From: a bacterium
Lineage (GTDB): Bacteria; Krumholzibacteriota; Krumholzibacteriia; LZORAL124-64-63
Direction: 5' to 3'
Length of the DNA: 64,000 nucleotides
Assembly: GCA_031441465.1 (NCBI GenBank)
Contig: JANOEP010000027.1
Coordinates: forward strand, 10,264-74,263
The notes below the pieces were generated by a model, which had not been told where the DNA came from, searched no databases, and worked only from the letters and a program-made list of their open reading frames with translations. Both the position numbers and the translations under genes were made by a program. Of the stretch, positions 19,678 through 30,598 are shown piece by piece; within the stretch, counting starts at the first letter, position 1; each line of letters starts with the position of its first letter.

Positions 19678-20693
19678 TGGCCGGCCGCAACCCCGCCTCG
19701 GACCTGGTCCTAGTCACCGGCGCCACGGGCTTCGTCGGCCAGTGGCTCCTGGAGGAACTGCTCGAGAACGGCGCCGCTGTCGCGGGGACCGGTTTGCCGG
19801 CCGCCGACGGGAGCTCTCCCCGTTTGAGTCGTCACGTCCGTGAAGGCGAGGCCCGCTACCGCTGCCAGGCCGGCGTCTGGCATTTCTCGCCCCTGGACGT
19901 GACCGACGGCGCGGCGGTCGCCAGGGCGCTCGCCGCGCTGCGGCCCGCCACGGTCTACCACCTGGCGGCGCAGAGCTCCGCCGGGCTCTCCTTCCAGGAC
20001 CCCCACGGCACCTTCGCCGTGAACGTCGGCGGTACGCTCAACCTGCTCGAGGCGATCCGCGCCCTGCCCGCGGCGGCACGGCCGCGCCTGCTGGTCGTGG
20101 GTTCGGCCGACGAGTACGGCGCGCCGGAACAGCCCCTGCCCCTGACCGAGCGCGCACCGCTGCGGCCGCTGTCGCCCTACGGGTCGAGCAAGGCGGCCGC
20201 CACGCTGCTGTGCCGGCAGTACCACGCGGCCCACGGCCTGCCGGTGATCGTCGCGCGACCGTTCAGCCACACCGGGCCGGGCCAGTCGGTGAACTTCGCT
20301 TTCCCCTCGTGGGCGCGGCAGCTCGCGACCGCGGCGAGGACGGGCGGCGTGGCCGAGATCCTGGTCGGGGACCTGCGCCCGCACCGGGACTACCTCCACG
20401 TCCGCGACGTCGTGCGGGCCTACCGCCTGCTGGCGGAACGGGGACTGCCGGGCCAGGTCTACAACGTGGCCTCCGGCGCCGGGACCACCCTGCAGAACGC
20501 TCTGGACATCTTGTGCCGGGCGTCGGAACTTGGCGTCCGAGTCCGGACCGATCCGGACCGTTTGCGACCCGCCGACATCCCCCACCTGGTGGGCGACGCC
20601 GCCAAGCTGCGCGCCGCCACGGGCTGGGTGCCGAAACTGGACCTGGAAACCGCACTGCGCGACCTGCTGCAGTGGATGAGGGAGCAGCCATGA
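19677..20693 (+). CDS. second Gmd/Rmd-like extended SDR (probable GDP-4-keto-6-deoxymannose reductase)
   Basis: ATG overlaps the upstream TGA; TGATGFVG, YHLAAQSS, GSADEYG, YGSSK, RDYLHVRDVV. Confidence 0.85.
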   Translation: MAGRNPASDLVLVTGATGFVGQWLLEELLENGAAVAGTGLPAADGSSPRLSRHVREGEARYRCQAGVWHFSPLDVTDGAAVARALAALRPATVYHLAAQSSAGLSFQDPHGTFAVNVGGTLNLLEAIRALPAAARPRLLVVGSADEYGAPEQPLPLTERAPLRPLSPYGSSKAAATLLCRQYHAAHGLPVIVARPFSHTGPGQSVNFAFPSWARQLATAARTGGVAEILVGDLRPHRDYLHVRDVVRAYRLLAERGLPGQVYNVASGAGTTLQNALDILCRASELGVRVRTDPDRLRPADIPHLVGDAAKLRAATGWVPKLDLETALRDLLQWMREQP

Positions 20694-22000
20694 GCCGCAT
20701 CTGCATGATCGGAACCGGATACGTGGGCCTCGTTTCGGGAGCCTGCCTGGCCGACTTCGGGCACGAGGTCTGGTGCGTCGACATCAACGACGAGCGCATC
20801 GCCGACCTGCACCGCGGCGTGATGCCGATCTACGAGCCCGGCCTCGACCGTCTCGTCGCCAAGAACGTCGCCGGCGGCCGCCTCTTCTTCACCACCTCGC
20901 TGGCCGAGGCGATGGGCAAGACCGACGTGATCTTCATCGCCGTGCAGACGCCCATGTCCGACGGCGGCGAGGCCGACCTGACCTACGTGCTCAACGTCGC
21001 GCGCGAGATCGGGCAGTTGATGACGCGGCCCAGCGTCATCGTGACCAAGAGCACCGTCCCGGTGGGCACGTCGCGCAAGGTCAAGGCGGCCATCCTGGAA
21101 TCCCAGAAACTGCCGGTGGACTTCGATCTGGCCAGCAACCCGGAATTCCTGCGCGAGGGGTCGAGCATCGAGGACTTCATGCGCCCGGACCGCGTCGTGG
21201 TCGGCACCGATTCGGCCCGCGGCGAGAAGGTCATGCGCGAGATCTACCGGCCGCTCTACCTGCTGGAAACCCCGATCCTCGTCTGCGACATCGAATCCGC
21301 GGAGCTGATCAAGTACGCCAGCAACGCCTTCCTGGCGGTCAAGATCTCCTACATCAACGAGATCTCCGCGCTGGCCGACCGCGTGGGCGCCGACGTCTCG
21401 CTGGTGGCCAAGGCCATGGGCCTCGACAAGCGCATCGGGCCGAAATTCCTGCACGCCGGACTGGGCTTCGGCGGTTCGTGCCTGCCCAAGGACACCAACG
21501 CCATCGTCCACATCGCCGAACAGGCCGGCACGGACATGAGCATCGTGCGCGCGGCGATCGGCGTGAACGAGCGCCTGCCCGACCTCGCCATGGCGAAGGC
21601 CCGCGAACTGCTGCCCGAACTGAAGGGCGCGGTCGTGGCCCTGCTCGGCCTGAGCTTCAAGCCGAACACCGACGACATCCGCGACGCGCCCAGCCGCGCG
21701 CTGGTCGCCGCCCTGCAGACGGCGGGCGCCACGCTGCGCGTGCACGACCCGGTGGCCATGGACAACTTCCGCGCCGTCCACCCCTCCCTGCACTACTGCG
21801 AGGGCCCGTACGACGCCGCGGCCGGCGCCGACCTCGTGCTGCTGGTCACCGAGTGGAACGAATACCGGCAGCTCGACCTGGCGCGGCTAGGCGCCGCCAT
21901 GCGCGGGCGCCGCTTCCTGGACTGCCGTAACGTCTACAACAGCGCCCTGCTGGGCGAGCAAGGCTTCGCCTACCGGTGCTTCGGGCGCCCCCGCGCCTAG
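20690..22000 (+). CDS. ugd: UDP-glucose 6-dehydrogenase family
   Basis: IGTGYVGL, PIYEPGL, KSTVPVGT, SNPEFLREG, GFGGSCLPKD, FKPNTDDIRDAP. Confidence 0.95.
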   Translation: MSRICMIGTGYVGLVSGACLADFGHEVWCVDINDERIADLHRGVMPIYEPGLDRLVAKNVAGGRLFFTTSLAEAMGKTDVIFIAVQTPMSDGGEADLTYVLNVAREIGQLMTRPSVIVTKSTVPVGTSRKVKAAILESQKLPVDFDLASNPEFLREGSSIEDFMRPDRVVVGTDSARGEKVMREIYRPLYLLETPILVCDIESAELIKYASNAFLAVKISYINEISALADRVGADVSLVAKAMGLDKRIGPKFLHAGLGFGGSCLPKDTNAIVHIAEQAGTDMSIVRAAIGVNERLPDLAMAKARELLPELKGAVVALLGLSFKPNTDDIRDAPSRALVAALQTAGATLRVHDPVAMDNFRAVHPSLHYCEGPYDAAAGADLVLLVTEWNEYRQLDLARLGAAMRGRRFLDCRNVYNSALLGEQGFAYRCFGRPRA

Positions 22001-22040
22001 CGGCCCTGCGACCGGCCGCGGCCGGACGGGAAAGGACGAC

Positions 22041-23168
22041 ATGCACGAGAAGGACGGCCGCCGCGTCGCCCGCTACGACCTGGTGACGCCGATGCTGCCC
22101 TGCAAGCAGGAGATCCTGGCCGGCGTCGACCGCCTGCTGTCGACCGGGGAGTACATCCTGGGCCGGGAAGTGCACGCCCTCGAAAGCGAGATGGCCGCGG
22201 CCTGCGAGGTCGCCGACGCCGTCGGCGTCGCCTCCGGCTCCGCGGCCCTGTACTTGGCGCTGCAGATCGCCGGTGTCGGGCCCGGCGTCGAGGTCGTGAC
22301 CACTCCCTACACCTTCGTCGCGACCATCGAGGCGATCATCCGCCTGGGCGGCACGCCCGTGTTCGTGGACCTCGACCCGCGCACGCTCAACCTGGACCCC
22401 GACCTCGCCGCCGCGGCCGTCACCCCGCGCACCCGCGTCCTGCTGCCGGTGCACATCTTCGGCATGCCCTGCGAGATGGAACCCCTCGCCCGGACCGCGG
22501 CGCAGCACGGTCTGGACGTCGTGGAGGACATGTGCCAGGCCTACGGTTCCCTCTACCGGGGCCGTCCCTGCGGGTCCTTCGGCCGCATGGCCTGCCTGAG
22601 CTTCTACCCGACCAAGAACCTGCCCGGCATCGGCGACGGCGGGATGATCCTCTGCCGCGACGACGACGACGCCGCCCGGCTGCGCCGCCTGCGCGGCCAC
22701 GAGACGGTCCGCGTCGGGGACCGCCTGCTCTCGGGCTGGAACAGCCGACTCGACGAGATCCAGGCCCTGGTGATCCGCGTCCGCCTGGCCCGCTTCGCCG
22801 ACGAGCAGGCCGACCGCGACCGCGCCGCCGCCGTCTACAACGATCTCATTCCCGAAGCCAACCGGCTCGCCGCGCCCCGGCCCGGCTCCGGCGTCCGCGT
22901 CACCCATCATCAGTACTGGATTCGCGTACCGGATCGTGCCAGACTGGAGGCCCGCCTCCGGGAGGCCGGCGTCGACTTCGGCATCTACTACGCGCCGCCG
23001 CTGCACCGTCACGAGCTGGCCGAGTACTGCCGGATCCACGGCGCGATGACGCACGCCGAAGCCGCAGGACGGGAAGTGCTGGCCCTGCCGATCCACCAGG
23101 CGTTGCCCGAACGGGACGCCCGCCGGATCGGGGAACTGGTGCAGGAACACCTCGCGCGGACGGCCTGA
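22041..23168 (+). CDS. DegT/DnrJ/EryC1/StrS sugar aminotransferase
   Basis: TFVAT, PVHIFG, EDMCQA, SFYPTKNL (PLP lysine), GDGG, NSRLDEIQA. Confidence 0.92.
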   Translation: MHEKDGRRVARYDLVTPMLPCKQEILAGVDRLLSTGEYILGREVHALESEMAAACEVADAVGVASGSAALYLALQIAGVGPGVEVVTTPYTFVATIEAIIRLGGTPVFVDLDPRTLNLDPDLAAAAVTPRTRVLLPVHIFGMPCEMEPLARTAAQHGLDVVEDMCQAYGSLYRGRPCGSFGRMACLSFYPTKNLPGIGDGGMILCRDDDDAARLRRLRGHETVRVGDRLLSGWNSRLDEIQALVIRVRLARFADEQADRDRAAAVYNDLIPEANRLAAPRPGSGVRVTHHQYWIRVPDRARLEARLREAGVDFGIYYAPPLHRHELAEYCRIHGAMTHAEAAGREVLALPIHQALPERDARRIGELVQEHLARTA

Positions 23169-23205
23169 CATCGGTGCGGACCGCGACCACGGGAGAGTAC
23201 GAGCG

Positions 23206-24297
23206 ATGAGCAGCGGCACCTACACCCTGGGAACCCTGGACGGGCGCCTCAACCGCGCCCAGACCTTGCTGGTCATCGAACGGCTGCGCGCGGCGCACCC
23301 GCGGGCCATCTTCGACATGGTCACCATCTCGGACCCCCGCACCAACCGGCAGAGCGCGTCGGAGCTGTACTGCGCCCACTCGGCGGCGGAGATCGAGATG
23401 CTGCTGTCGCACCTGCTCGCCGGGGAGTTCCAGCTGCTCGACATCGCCGCTGAGGATATCGTGCGGCCGCTGCCGAGCGGGCTGGTCGTCGCGGCGGTGC
23501 CCGAGCGCAACACGCCCTTCGACGCCCTGCTGCACAAGGGCGGCTGCATCGCGGACGACCTCGAGGACGGCACGCGCGTCGGCGTCCTGAGCCGCCGCTC
23601 GATGGCCCAGATCCACCAGCTCTGGCCCCAGCTCAAACCGAAGCTGCTCTACGGCGGCGCCGTCGAGGCACTGGACGCGTACCTGCAGGACGAGGCCGTG
23701 GACTGCCTGGTCCTGCCCGCGGCCATCGCCGAGCGCCTGGGCGTCCAAGACATCGTGACGGAGATCTTCTTCCCGGAGATCACCCTGCCCGGAGCCGGAC
23801 AGGGCCTCATCGCCATCATCGCGCGGGCCGGCGACGCCGAGGTGCTCGGCATGGTGGCGGCCATGGACTCCCCCCAGTCCCGCGCGGAGATGACGGCCGA
23901 GCTGGCCTTCCGCGAGAGGATCTGCTCGGACCAGGACTGCCCTCTCGGCGTGCTGGCCCAGGCCGGCGAAGACAGCCTGATCATCACCGGCGCCGTGGGC
24001 TCCATGCACGGCCACTCCATGAACCAGGCCGTCCTGCGCGGGCCCTCGATCGAGGCGGCGGCGCTGGGCGTGCGGCTGGCCGAGCAGCTCCTGCTCAACA
24101 CGGCCTCGCTGATCGACCTGCTGGAAGCCGATTTTCCCGAGGGTCTGCCCGTGGAACTCGAGGAGGGCGCGGCGGCGCCGCAGGAAGCCGACGGCATCCA
24201 CGAGGAAAACCTGCCGGAAGAGCTCGGCGAGGATTTCAAGGGCGGCGGGGACGATCCCTACGACGACGATTTCGTGGAGCCGCGCGACGACTACTGA
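23206..24297 (+). CDS. HemC (hydroxymethylbilane synthase)-fold protein lacking most active-site residues, with an acidic C-terminal tail
   Basis: Colinear with HemC (PERNTPFDAL, DGTRVG, ERLG, LPGAGQGLIAI, TAELAF, LGVRLAEQLL) but the GTR, GKGLF, HSxKD, RGN..R and GGC motifs are altered. Confidence 0.8.
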   Translation: MSSGTYTLGTLDGRLNRAQTLLVIERLRAAHPRAIFDMVTISDPRTNRQSASELYCAHSAAEIEMLLSHLLAGEFQLLDIAAEDIVRPLPSGLVVAAVPERNTPFDALLHKGGCIADDLEDGTRVGVLSRRSMAQIHQLWPQLKPKLLYGGAVEALDAYLQDEAVDCLVLPAAIAERLGVQDIVTEIFFPEITLPGAGQGLIAIIARAGDAEVLGMVAAMDSPQSRAEMTAELAFRERICSDQDCPLGVLAQAGEDSLIITGAVGSMHGHSMNQAVLRGPSIEAAALGVRLAEQLLLNTASLIDLLEADFPEGLPVELEEGAAAPQEADGIHEENLPEELGEDFKGGGDDPYDDDFVEPRDDY

Positions 24298-25259
24298 CCC
24301 GAGGGCGACGACCGGCCCTGTCCTGCCGACGTTTCCGGATCGCCTGCGGCCGCCAAGCCGGCCGCCACGGCAGCGGCGGCGAACGGGTCGCTCATTTGGG
24401 CCGTGCCGATCTGCACGGCGACCGCTCCCACCGCGAAGAACTTCAACGCATCCTCGAGGGTCGTGATCCCACCGACACCCACTACGGGCAGACCCGTCTC
24501 CTGCACGATCTCGTCGACCCGGGCCAACGCGACCGGCAGCAGGGCGGGGCCGCTGTAACCGCCCCGCCGGCGCGGCAGGACCGGCAAACCCGTGCGCAGG
24601 TCCACGTCCATGCCGATCAGGGTGTTGATGGCGGTCACCCCGTCGGCACCGCCGCGCGCCGCCGCGGCGGCGAGCCGGGCGATGCTGCCGACGTTGGGCG
24701 TGAGCTTGGCCAGCAAGGCGCGCTCCGGCAGGTGCTCGCGCGCCGCGGCGACACAGCGCTCCACCATCACGGGATCGCGGCCGAAGTCGACCCCGCCCTC
24801 GGCCACGTTCGGGCAACTCAGGTTCAGCTCGACGCCGTGCCAGTGAGCCGACCCGGCGGCCGCCGCGGCCAGCCGGCGGGCCAGATCCCCGAACTCCCCG
24901 GGCCGGGTGGCCGCGAGGCTGGCGACGAAGGGCACCCCGCGCGCTTCGAGGACCGGCACGATCTCGTCCACGAAGCGCGCGAGGCCGACGTTCTCCAGCC
25001 CGATGGAATTCAAGGCGCCGTGCGCGGTCTCCCACAGCCGGGGCGGCGGGTTGCCGGGGCGGGCCTCGGGCGTGACCGTCTTGGTGACCACCGCCCCGAG
25101 ACCGGCGAAGGGCGACCCGTAGCCGGGAGCGACGAGATCGGCCCCGTCCAGGCCGTAACCGAAGCAACCCGATGCGGTCCAGATCCGACCGGGAAACTCG
25201 CGCGGGCCGAGCCGCAGAGGTCCGCGGGGATCGAAGGCGAGCCAGCCCGGCAGCATCAT
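24291..25259 (-). CDS. pyrD: dihydroorotate dehydrogenase class 1B catalytic subunit
   Basis: TASGCFG, VTKTVT, LNSIGLEN, ELNLSCPN, KLTPN, INTLIG, GGYSGP. Confidence 0.93.
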   Translation of the reverse strand: MMLPGWLAFDPRGPLRLGPREFPGRIWTASGCFGYGLDGADLVAPGYGSPFAGLGAVVTKTVTPEARPGNPPPRLWETAHGALNSIGLENVGLARFVDEIVPVLEARGVPFVASLAATRPGEFGDLARRLAAAAAGSAHWHGVELNLSCPNVAEGGVDFGRDPVMVERCVAAAREHLPERALLAKLTPNVGSIARLAAAAARGGADGVTAINTLIGMDVDLRTGLPVLPRRRGGYSGPALLPVALARVDEIVQETGLPVVGVGGITTLEDALKFFAVGAVAVQIGTAQMSDPFAAAAVAAGLAAAGDPETSAGQGRSSPSGQ

Positions 25260-26086
25260 CACACACCGCTCCCCTCGCCGAACCGCGCCCAGTCCAGTCC
25301 ACGCGCGTCGAAGACGGGCCCGTCCTTGCAGGCCGTGGCGTAGCCGCCGTCCTGCGCGCGCGGAACCACGCAGCCCCGGCACACGCCGTACCCGCAGCCC
25401 ATGCGTTCCTCCACCGAGACCGAGCAATCCCAACCGCGCTCGGCGGCCAGCACCGCCGCCGCGCGCAGCAGGGGCAGCGGCCCGCAGGCCAGCACCACGT
25501 GCGCCGGCGACCCGGCGGGCAGCAGCGAGCGCGCCAGTTCCACGACATTCCCGCCGAAGGCGAGTCGACCGGCCGGAACCGCGCCGGGCCGGTCCAGGCT
25601 GACGCGCCAGGCGGGGCTCAGCAGGCCCCAGGGCAGGTCGTCGCCGTCACGGCCACCGGCACAGCGGAGATCCTGCGGCCGGTCCCAGCGTTCCGCCCAG
25701 GCGAGCAGGGGCGGCAGCCCCACCCCGCCGGCCAGCAAGAGGCGCGGCCTGGGGTCGGGTGCGGGGAACGGGCGGCCCAGGGGGACGAGGCAGGTGACCG
25801 GGGCCCCGACACCGGCGTCGCGCAGCCGGGCGGTGCCGCGGCCGACAACCTTGTAGAGCAGCGAGAGACGTTGTCCGGTCTTCGCCAGCAGGGAGAAGGG
25901 CCGGCCGAAGACCAGGGCGAGGTCGCCCGTGAGGTTGAGCATGCAGAACTGGCCCGGTTGGAACGGGACGGCTTCCTCCAGCTCGAGTTCCAGCCGCCGC
26001 ATGGACGAGGAGACGGGGACATCCGCGGCGATCGTCCCACGCAGACGGCGGGCGGACGGTGGGGGCGCGGCGGCGGGCATGGTCAC
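25259..26086 (-). CDS. pyrK: dihydroorotate dehydrogenase electron transfer subunit
   Basis: PGQF, RPFS, VVGRGT, AGGVGLPP, ACGPLP, EERMGCGYGVCRGC, CKDGPVF. Confidence 0.92.
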   Translation of the reverse strand: MTMPAAAPPPSARRLRGTIAADVPVSSSMRRLELELEEAVPFQPGQFCMLNLTGDLALVFGRPFSLLAKTGQRLSLLYKVVGRGTARLRDAGVGAPVTCLVPLGRPFPAPDPRPRLLLAGGVGLPPLLAWAERWDRPQDLRCAGGRDGDDLPWGLLSPAWRVSLDRPGAVPAGRLAFGGNVVELARSLLPAGSPAHVVLACGPLPLLRAAAVLAAERGWDCSVSVEERMGCGYGVCRGCVVPRAQDGGYATACKDGPVFDARGLDWARFGEGSGV

Positions 26087-26120
26087 GTGGCGTTCTCCTG
26101 GGCCGCGGCCCGGTTTCCCG

Positions 26121-27695
26121 TCAGCCTCGTCCCTGCAGCTTGCGGTCGCGCCAGTGCGACCGGCGCCCGCCCGGGACCGGAGAAGTCAAGGGCCGTTCGC
26201 TCACCGGACCGGCCGCCTCGGGGCCGTCATCGCCGATTTCCGGCGGCGCGCCGGCTGCCAATTCGAGTTCGCGCCGGCGTGCCTCGAGCCCGGTCAGGTA
26301 GCCGTAGAGATCGCCCTCGGGCCCTTCCCGCACCACGAAGGCCTGGGGCGACTCCGGGAACTCGGCCTGCAGCCGCGCGGTCTGCACCGCCGCGGAATCC
26401 GGCAAGGCCAGATGGTCGCGGTAGATCAAGGCGGCGCCGTAGAGGCCGCGCACGGCGGCGGCGCTGTCCTGCGCCGCCGCCGCGGCCACTTCGAGGTAGG
26501 CGTCCAACGCGAGCCGCGGCCGGTCGAGTGCGAACAGCAGGACGTTGGCCATGCTCAAACGCAAGGCGGGCTTCTGGTCCTCGCCGGCGGTGCCGAGCCG
26601 TTGCTCGGCGGCCAGGTAGCGGTTGAGTTCGGCGTCGAGCCGGCGGCAGCGCTGCTCGTCCTCCAGGACGTTCGCGTTGCGCAGGGCGTCGCGGAACTGC
26701 TGCCGGGCCTCCTCGATCTTCCACTGCTTCAGGTAGATCTCCCCGAGCATCTCGGCCAGCCGCGCCGGCACCTCGCCGGCGCGCCACTCCACGGGGAGGT
26801 TCTCCAGCAACGGGGCCGCTTCCTCGGACTTCCCGCGGGCGATCAGGACCTCGGCCTGAGCCAGGGCCACCACGCCGTCCTTCCCGTAGAGTTCGGCCTC
26901 CTGCTTCAACTGGGTGACCAGATCCGCGGCCTCGTCGTGGCGCCCGAGCCGCGCCAGGCAGCGGGCCTGCAGCAGGCGCGCGTCGAACAGCTCGCCCTTG
27001 TCCCCGCCGACGGCGGCGACGGCCTCCAGCCGGCCGCGGGCCTCGTCGTACTCCCCCAGCTCCCAGTAGCAACGGGCCAGCTTGGTGCCGACGGCTGCCG
27101 CTTCGCCCCGGTCGGCGTGCCGGTCGAGATAATCGCGGAAGCGGTCGCGGGCGTCCGCCCAGGCCTCCATCGCCAGGGCGTTTTCGCCGCCGACGCGCAG
27201 CGCTTCGGCCTGGAATTCCGACTCGGGGAAGGCCTGCTCGAGCTGGGCGAGGTAGTTGCTGCTGCCGCCGACATCGCCCACCAGCAGGTGGCTCACGGCC
27301 TGGAGGTACAGGGCCTCCTCCAAATGAGGCGTGGCCGGGAAGTTCGAGACCAGCAGTTCCAGCTGGGTGATGGCCATGCGGTGGGACTCGAGGCGGTGGT
27401 ACGCCTTCGCCATCAGGAACAGGGCGTCGTCGGTGAGGGCGTGGCCCGGGTATTCGTCCAGGATGATCTGGCACTTCTTGATGCAGCGCTGGTATTCCAG
27501 GGCCTGTTGCGACGTGGGTGTGGCGGGGTCCAGGCCCTGCTTGATGCGGTCGCCGCGCACCAGTTCGGCGGTCGTGAAGGCCTTCTTGGCATTGTAGAAG
27601 GTGTTGAAGCGGGCGCAACCCGCGCCGCAGGCCAGCAACGCCAGGACGAGCAGGGCGGCGGTCGGTTTCCGATGCCGGTACCACATCGCGATCAT
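26121..27695 (-). CDS. TPR-repeat lipoprotein (BamD/SprE-PorW-like)
   Basis: Lipobox GAG-C followed by ARFNTFYNAKKAF; repeated DDALFLMAKAY and FPESEF/FPESPQ TPR caps. Start could be 27686. Confidence 0.75.
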   Translation of the reverse strand: MIAMWYRHRKPTAALLVLALLACGAGCARFNTFYNAKKAFTTAELVRGDRIKQGLDPATPTSQQALEYQRCIKKCQIILDEYPGHALTDDALFLMAKAYHRLESHRMAITQLELLVSNFPATPHLEEALYLQAVSHLLVGDVGGSSNYLAQLEQAFPESEFQAEALRVGGENALAMEAWADARDRFRDYLDRHADRGEAAAVGTKLARCYWELGEYDEARGRLEAVAAVGGDKGELFDARLLQARCLARLGRHDEAADLVTQLKQEAELYGKDGVVALAQAEVLIARGKSEEAAPLLENLPVEWRAGEVPARLAEMLGEIYLKQWKIEEARQQFRDALRNANVLEDEQRCRRLDAELNRYLAAEQRLGTAGEDQKPALRLSMANVLLFALDRPRLALDAYLEVAAAAAQDSAAAVRGLYGAALIYRDHLALPDSAAVQTARLQAEFPESPQAFVVREGPEGDLYGYLTGLEARRRELELAAGAPPEIGDDGPEAAGPVSERPLTSPVPGGRRSHWRDRKLQGRG

Positions 27696-27735
27696 CCATT
27701 CCCAGGGGTCGTCACAGAACTGGATCGGTACGCTC

Positions 27736-29046
27736 TCAGTCCCCGTCGCGGTAGGTCGACCGGCCGCGCAGGAAGGTCGCCTTGACGCGCCCGATCAGCT
27801 TCTGACCGCCGTACGGGGTGTTCTTGCTCTTGGACCGCAGCGCCTCGGGCTGCACGGTCCACTCCTCTTCCGGGTCGAAGAGCAGGAAGTCGGCCTCCCC
27901 GCCCTCCTCGAGCCGTCCGCACGGCAGCCCGTAGGTCGCCGCGGCGCGCGCGCTCATCCGCTCCACCAGCTGGCCGAGGCCCAGCTTGCCGGTCCGGACC
28001 AGGTGAGTATGGCAGACCGCGAGCGCGGTCTCCAGTCCGACCACGCCGAAGGGCGCCTGGTCGAACATCAGTTCCTTCTCCATCGCCGTGTGCGGCGCGT
28101 GGTCGCTGGCGATGCAGTCCAGCACGCCGTCGACGAGCCCCTGGGTCACGGCCTCGATGTCCTCCTGCTCGCGCAGCGGCGGGTTCATCTTGAACAGCGG
28201 CGAGAAGTCCCGGCAGCACGAGTGGTCCAGGGACAAGTGGTGGGGCGTCACCTCGGCGGTGACGTGGACGCCCTGTTCCCGCGCGCGGCGGATGATCTCG
28301 ACGGTGCCCCGGGTCGAAACGTGGGCGACGTGCAGGTGGCCGCCGGTGGTGCGGGCCAGCTCGACGTCGCGGAAGACCATCACGTCCTCGGCCAGCCGCG
28401 GCAGCCCGGCCAGACCCAGTTTCGTCGACCAGTAGCCGGCGTGCATGACGCCCTTGCCGGCCAGGGTCGCGTCCTCGGCGTGCGAGGTCACGGGTACGCC
28501 CAGCATCCGCGCGTACTGCAGGGCGTACTGCATGAGTTTGCCGTGCATGACCGGCTGCCCGTCGTCGGTAAAGCCGACGGCCCCGGCCTTGACGAGGTCG
28601 CCGAACTCGGTGAGCGACTCGCCCTCCTGCCCCTTGCTGATCGCCGCGGTGGGGAAGACCCGGCAGAGGCCGGTCTCCTCGGCGCGGTCCAGGATGTAGC
28701 GCACCATCGGCGCGTCGTCCACCGGCGGGCGGGTGTTCGGCATGGTCACCACGGCCGTGAAGCCGCCCGCCGCCGCCGCGCGCGAGCCGGTGGCGATCGT
28801 CTCCTTCTCCTCCTGGCCGGGCTCGCGGAAGTGCACGTGGACGTCGACGAGGCCGGGCGCGCAGACCAGGCCGCCGCCGTCGAGCACGGGCAGGTCCTCG
28901 CGCGACGGCGCGCCCAGGCCCAGCGCCTCGACGCGGCCCTTCTGCACGTGCAGGAAGCCCGGCCGCTCGGACAGCGTCCCGTCGCGGCACAGGCGCACGT
29001 TCGCGACCAGGTACTCGGCGGGGATCCGCTTCCAGTTCCACTCCAT
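27736..29046 (-). CDS. pyrC: dihydroorotase (type I)
   Basis: DVHVHFREPG, MPNTRP, HVAHVST, EVTPHHL, KMNPPLR, ASDHAPH, SKNTPY. Confidence 0.95.
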   Translation of the reverse strand: MEWNWKRIPAEYLVANVRLCRDGTLSERPGFLHVQKGRVEALGLGAPSREDLPVLDGGGLVCAPGLVDVHVHFREPGQEEKETIATGSRAAAAGGFTAVVTMPNTRPPVDDAPMVRYILDRAEETGLCRVFPTAAISKGQEGESLTEFGDLVKAGAVGFTDDGQPVMHGKLMQYALQYARMLGVPVTSHAEDATLAGKGVMHAGYWSTKLGLAGLPRLAEDVMVFRDVELARTTGGHLHVAHVSTRGTVEIIRRAREQGVHVTAEVTPHHLSLDHSCCRDFSPLFKMNPPLREQEDIEAVTQGLVDGVLDCIASDHAPHTAMEKELMFDQAPFGVVGLETALAVCHTHLVRTGKLGLGQLVERMSARAAATYGLPCGRLEEGGEADFLLFDPEEEWTVQPEALRSKSKNTPYGGQKLIGRVKATFLRGRSTYRDGD

Positions 29047-29048
29047 GG

Positions 29049-30013
<965 letters not shown>

Positions 30014-30017
<4 letters not shown>

Positions 30018-30565
30018 CCCTCCTGCACCTCCCCGACGACGACTTCCTGGCGATCGTCGTACTCCTTCACCTTGACCTTGATGATCTCCTTCTGGGAGGT
30101 GGGGACGTTCTTGCCCACGAAGTCCGGTCGGATGGGCAGCTCGCGGTGCCCGCGGTCGATGAGCACCGCCAGACGGATCGCGCGCGGCCGGCCCCAGTCC
30201 ATGATCACGTCGAGCGCGGCGCGCACCGTGCGGCCGGTGTACAGCACGTCGTCGATCAGGATGACGTTCTTGTCGGTGACGTCCATCGGCACGGTGGTCT
30301 CGTTGATCCGCGGCGCCGGACCGATCGTCGACAGGTCGTCGCGGTAGAACGTGATGTCGATGGCGCCGAGCGGCACCTCGACCCCCTCCACCTTGCGGAT
30401 CGCCTCGCCGATCAACGCCGCCAGCGGCACGCCGCGGCGCTGCACGCCCAGCAGCACCAGGTCCGTCGTCCCCTTGTTCGCCTCGATGATCTCGTGGGCG
30501 ATGCGGGTCAGCGCGCGGCCGACCTCGCTGCCGTTCATGATGGTGGTCTTCTCGACGAAGGACAT
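30014..30565 (-). CDS. pyrR: PyrR attenuation regulator / uracil phosphoribosyltransferase
   Basis: [43 protein letters not shown]. Confidence 0.96.
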
Positions 30566-30598
30566 CTCTTCACCCCTCCCGGGGGCGTCGCCGGACAC

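Noticed and set aside
23206-24297. Calling this gene a functional hemC or a pseudogene
   Set aside because: Key catalytic residues are missing, but the frame is intact with normal codon bias, so neither label is supported.
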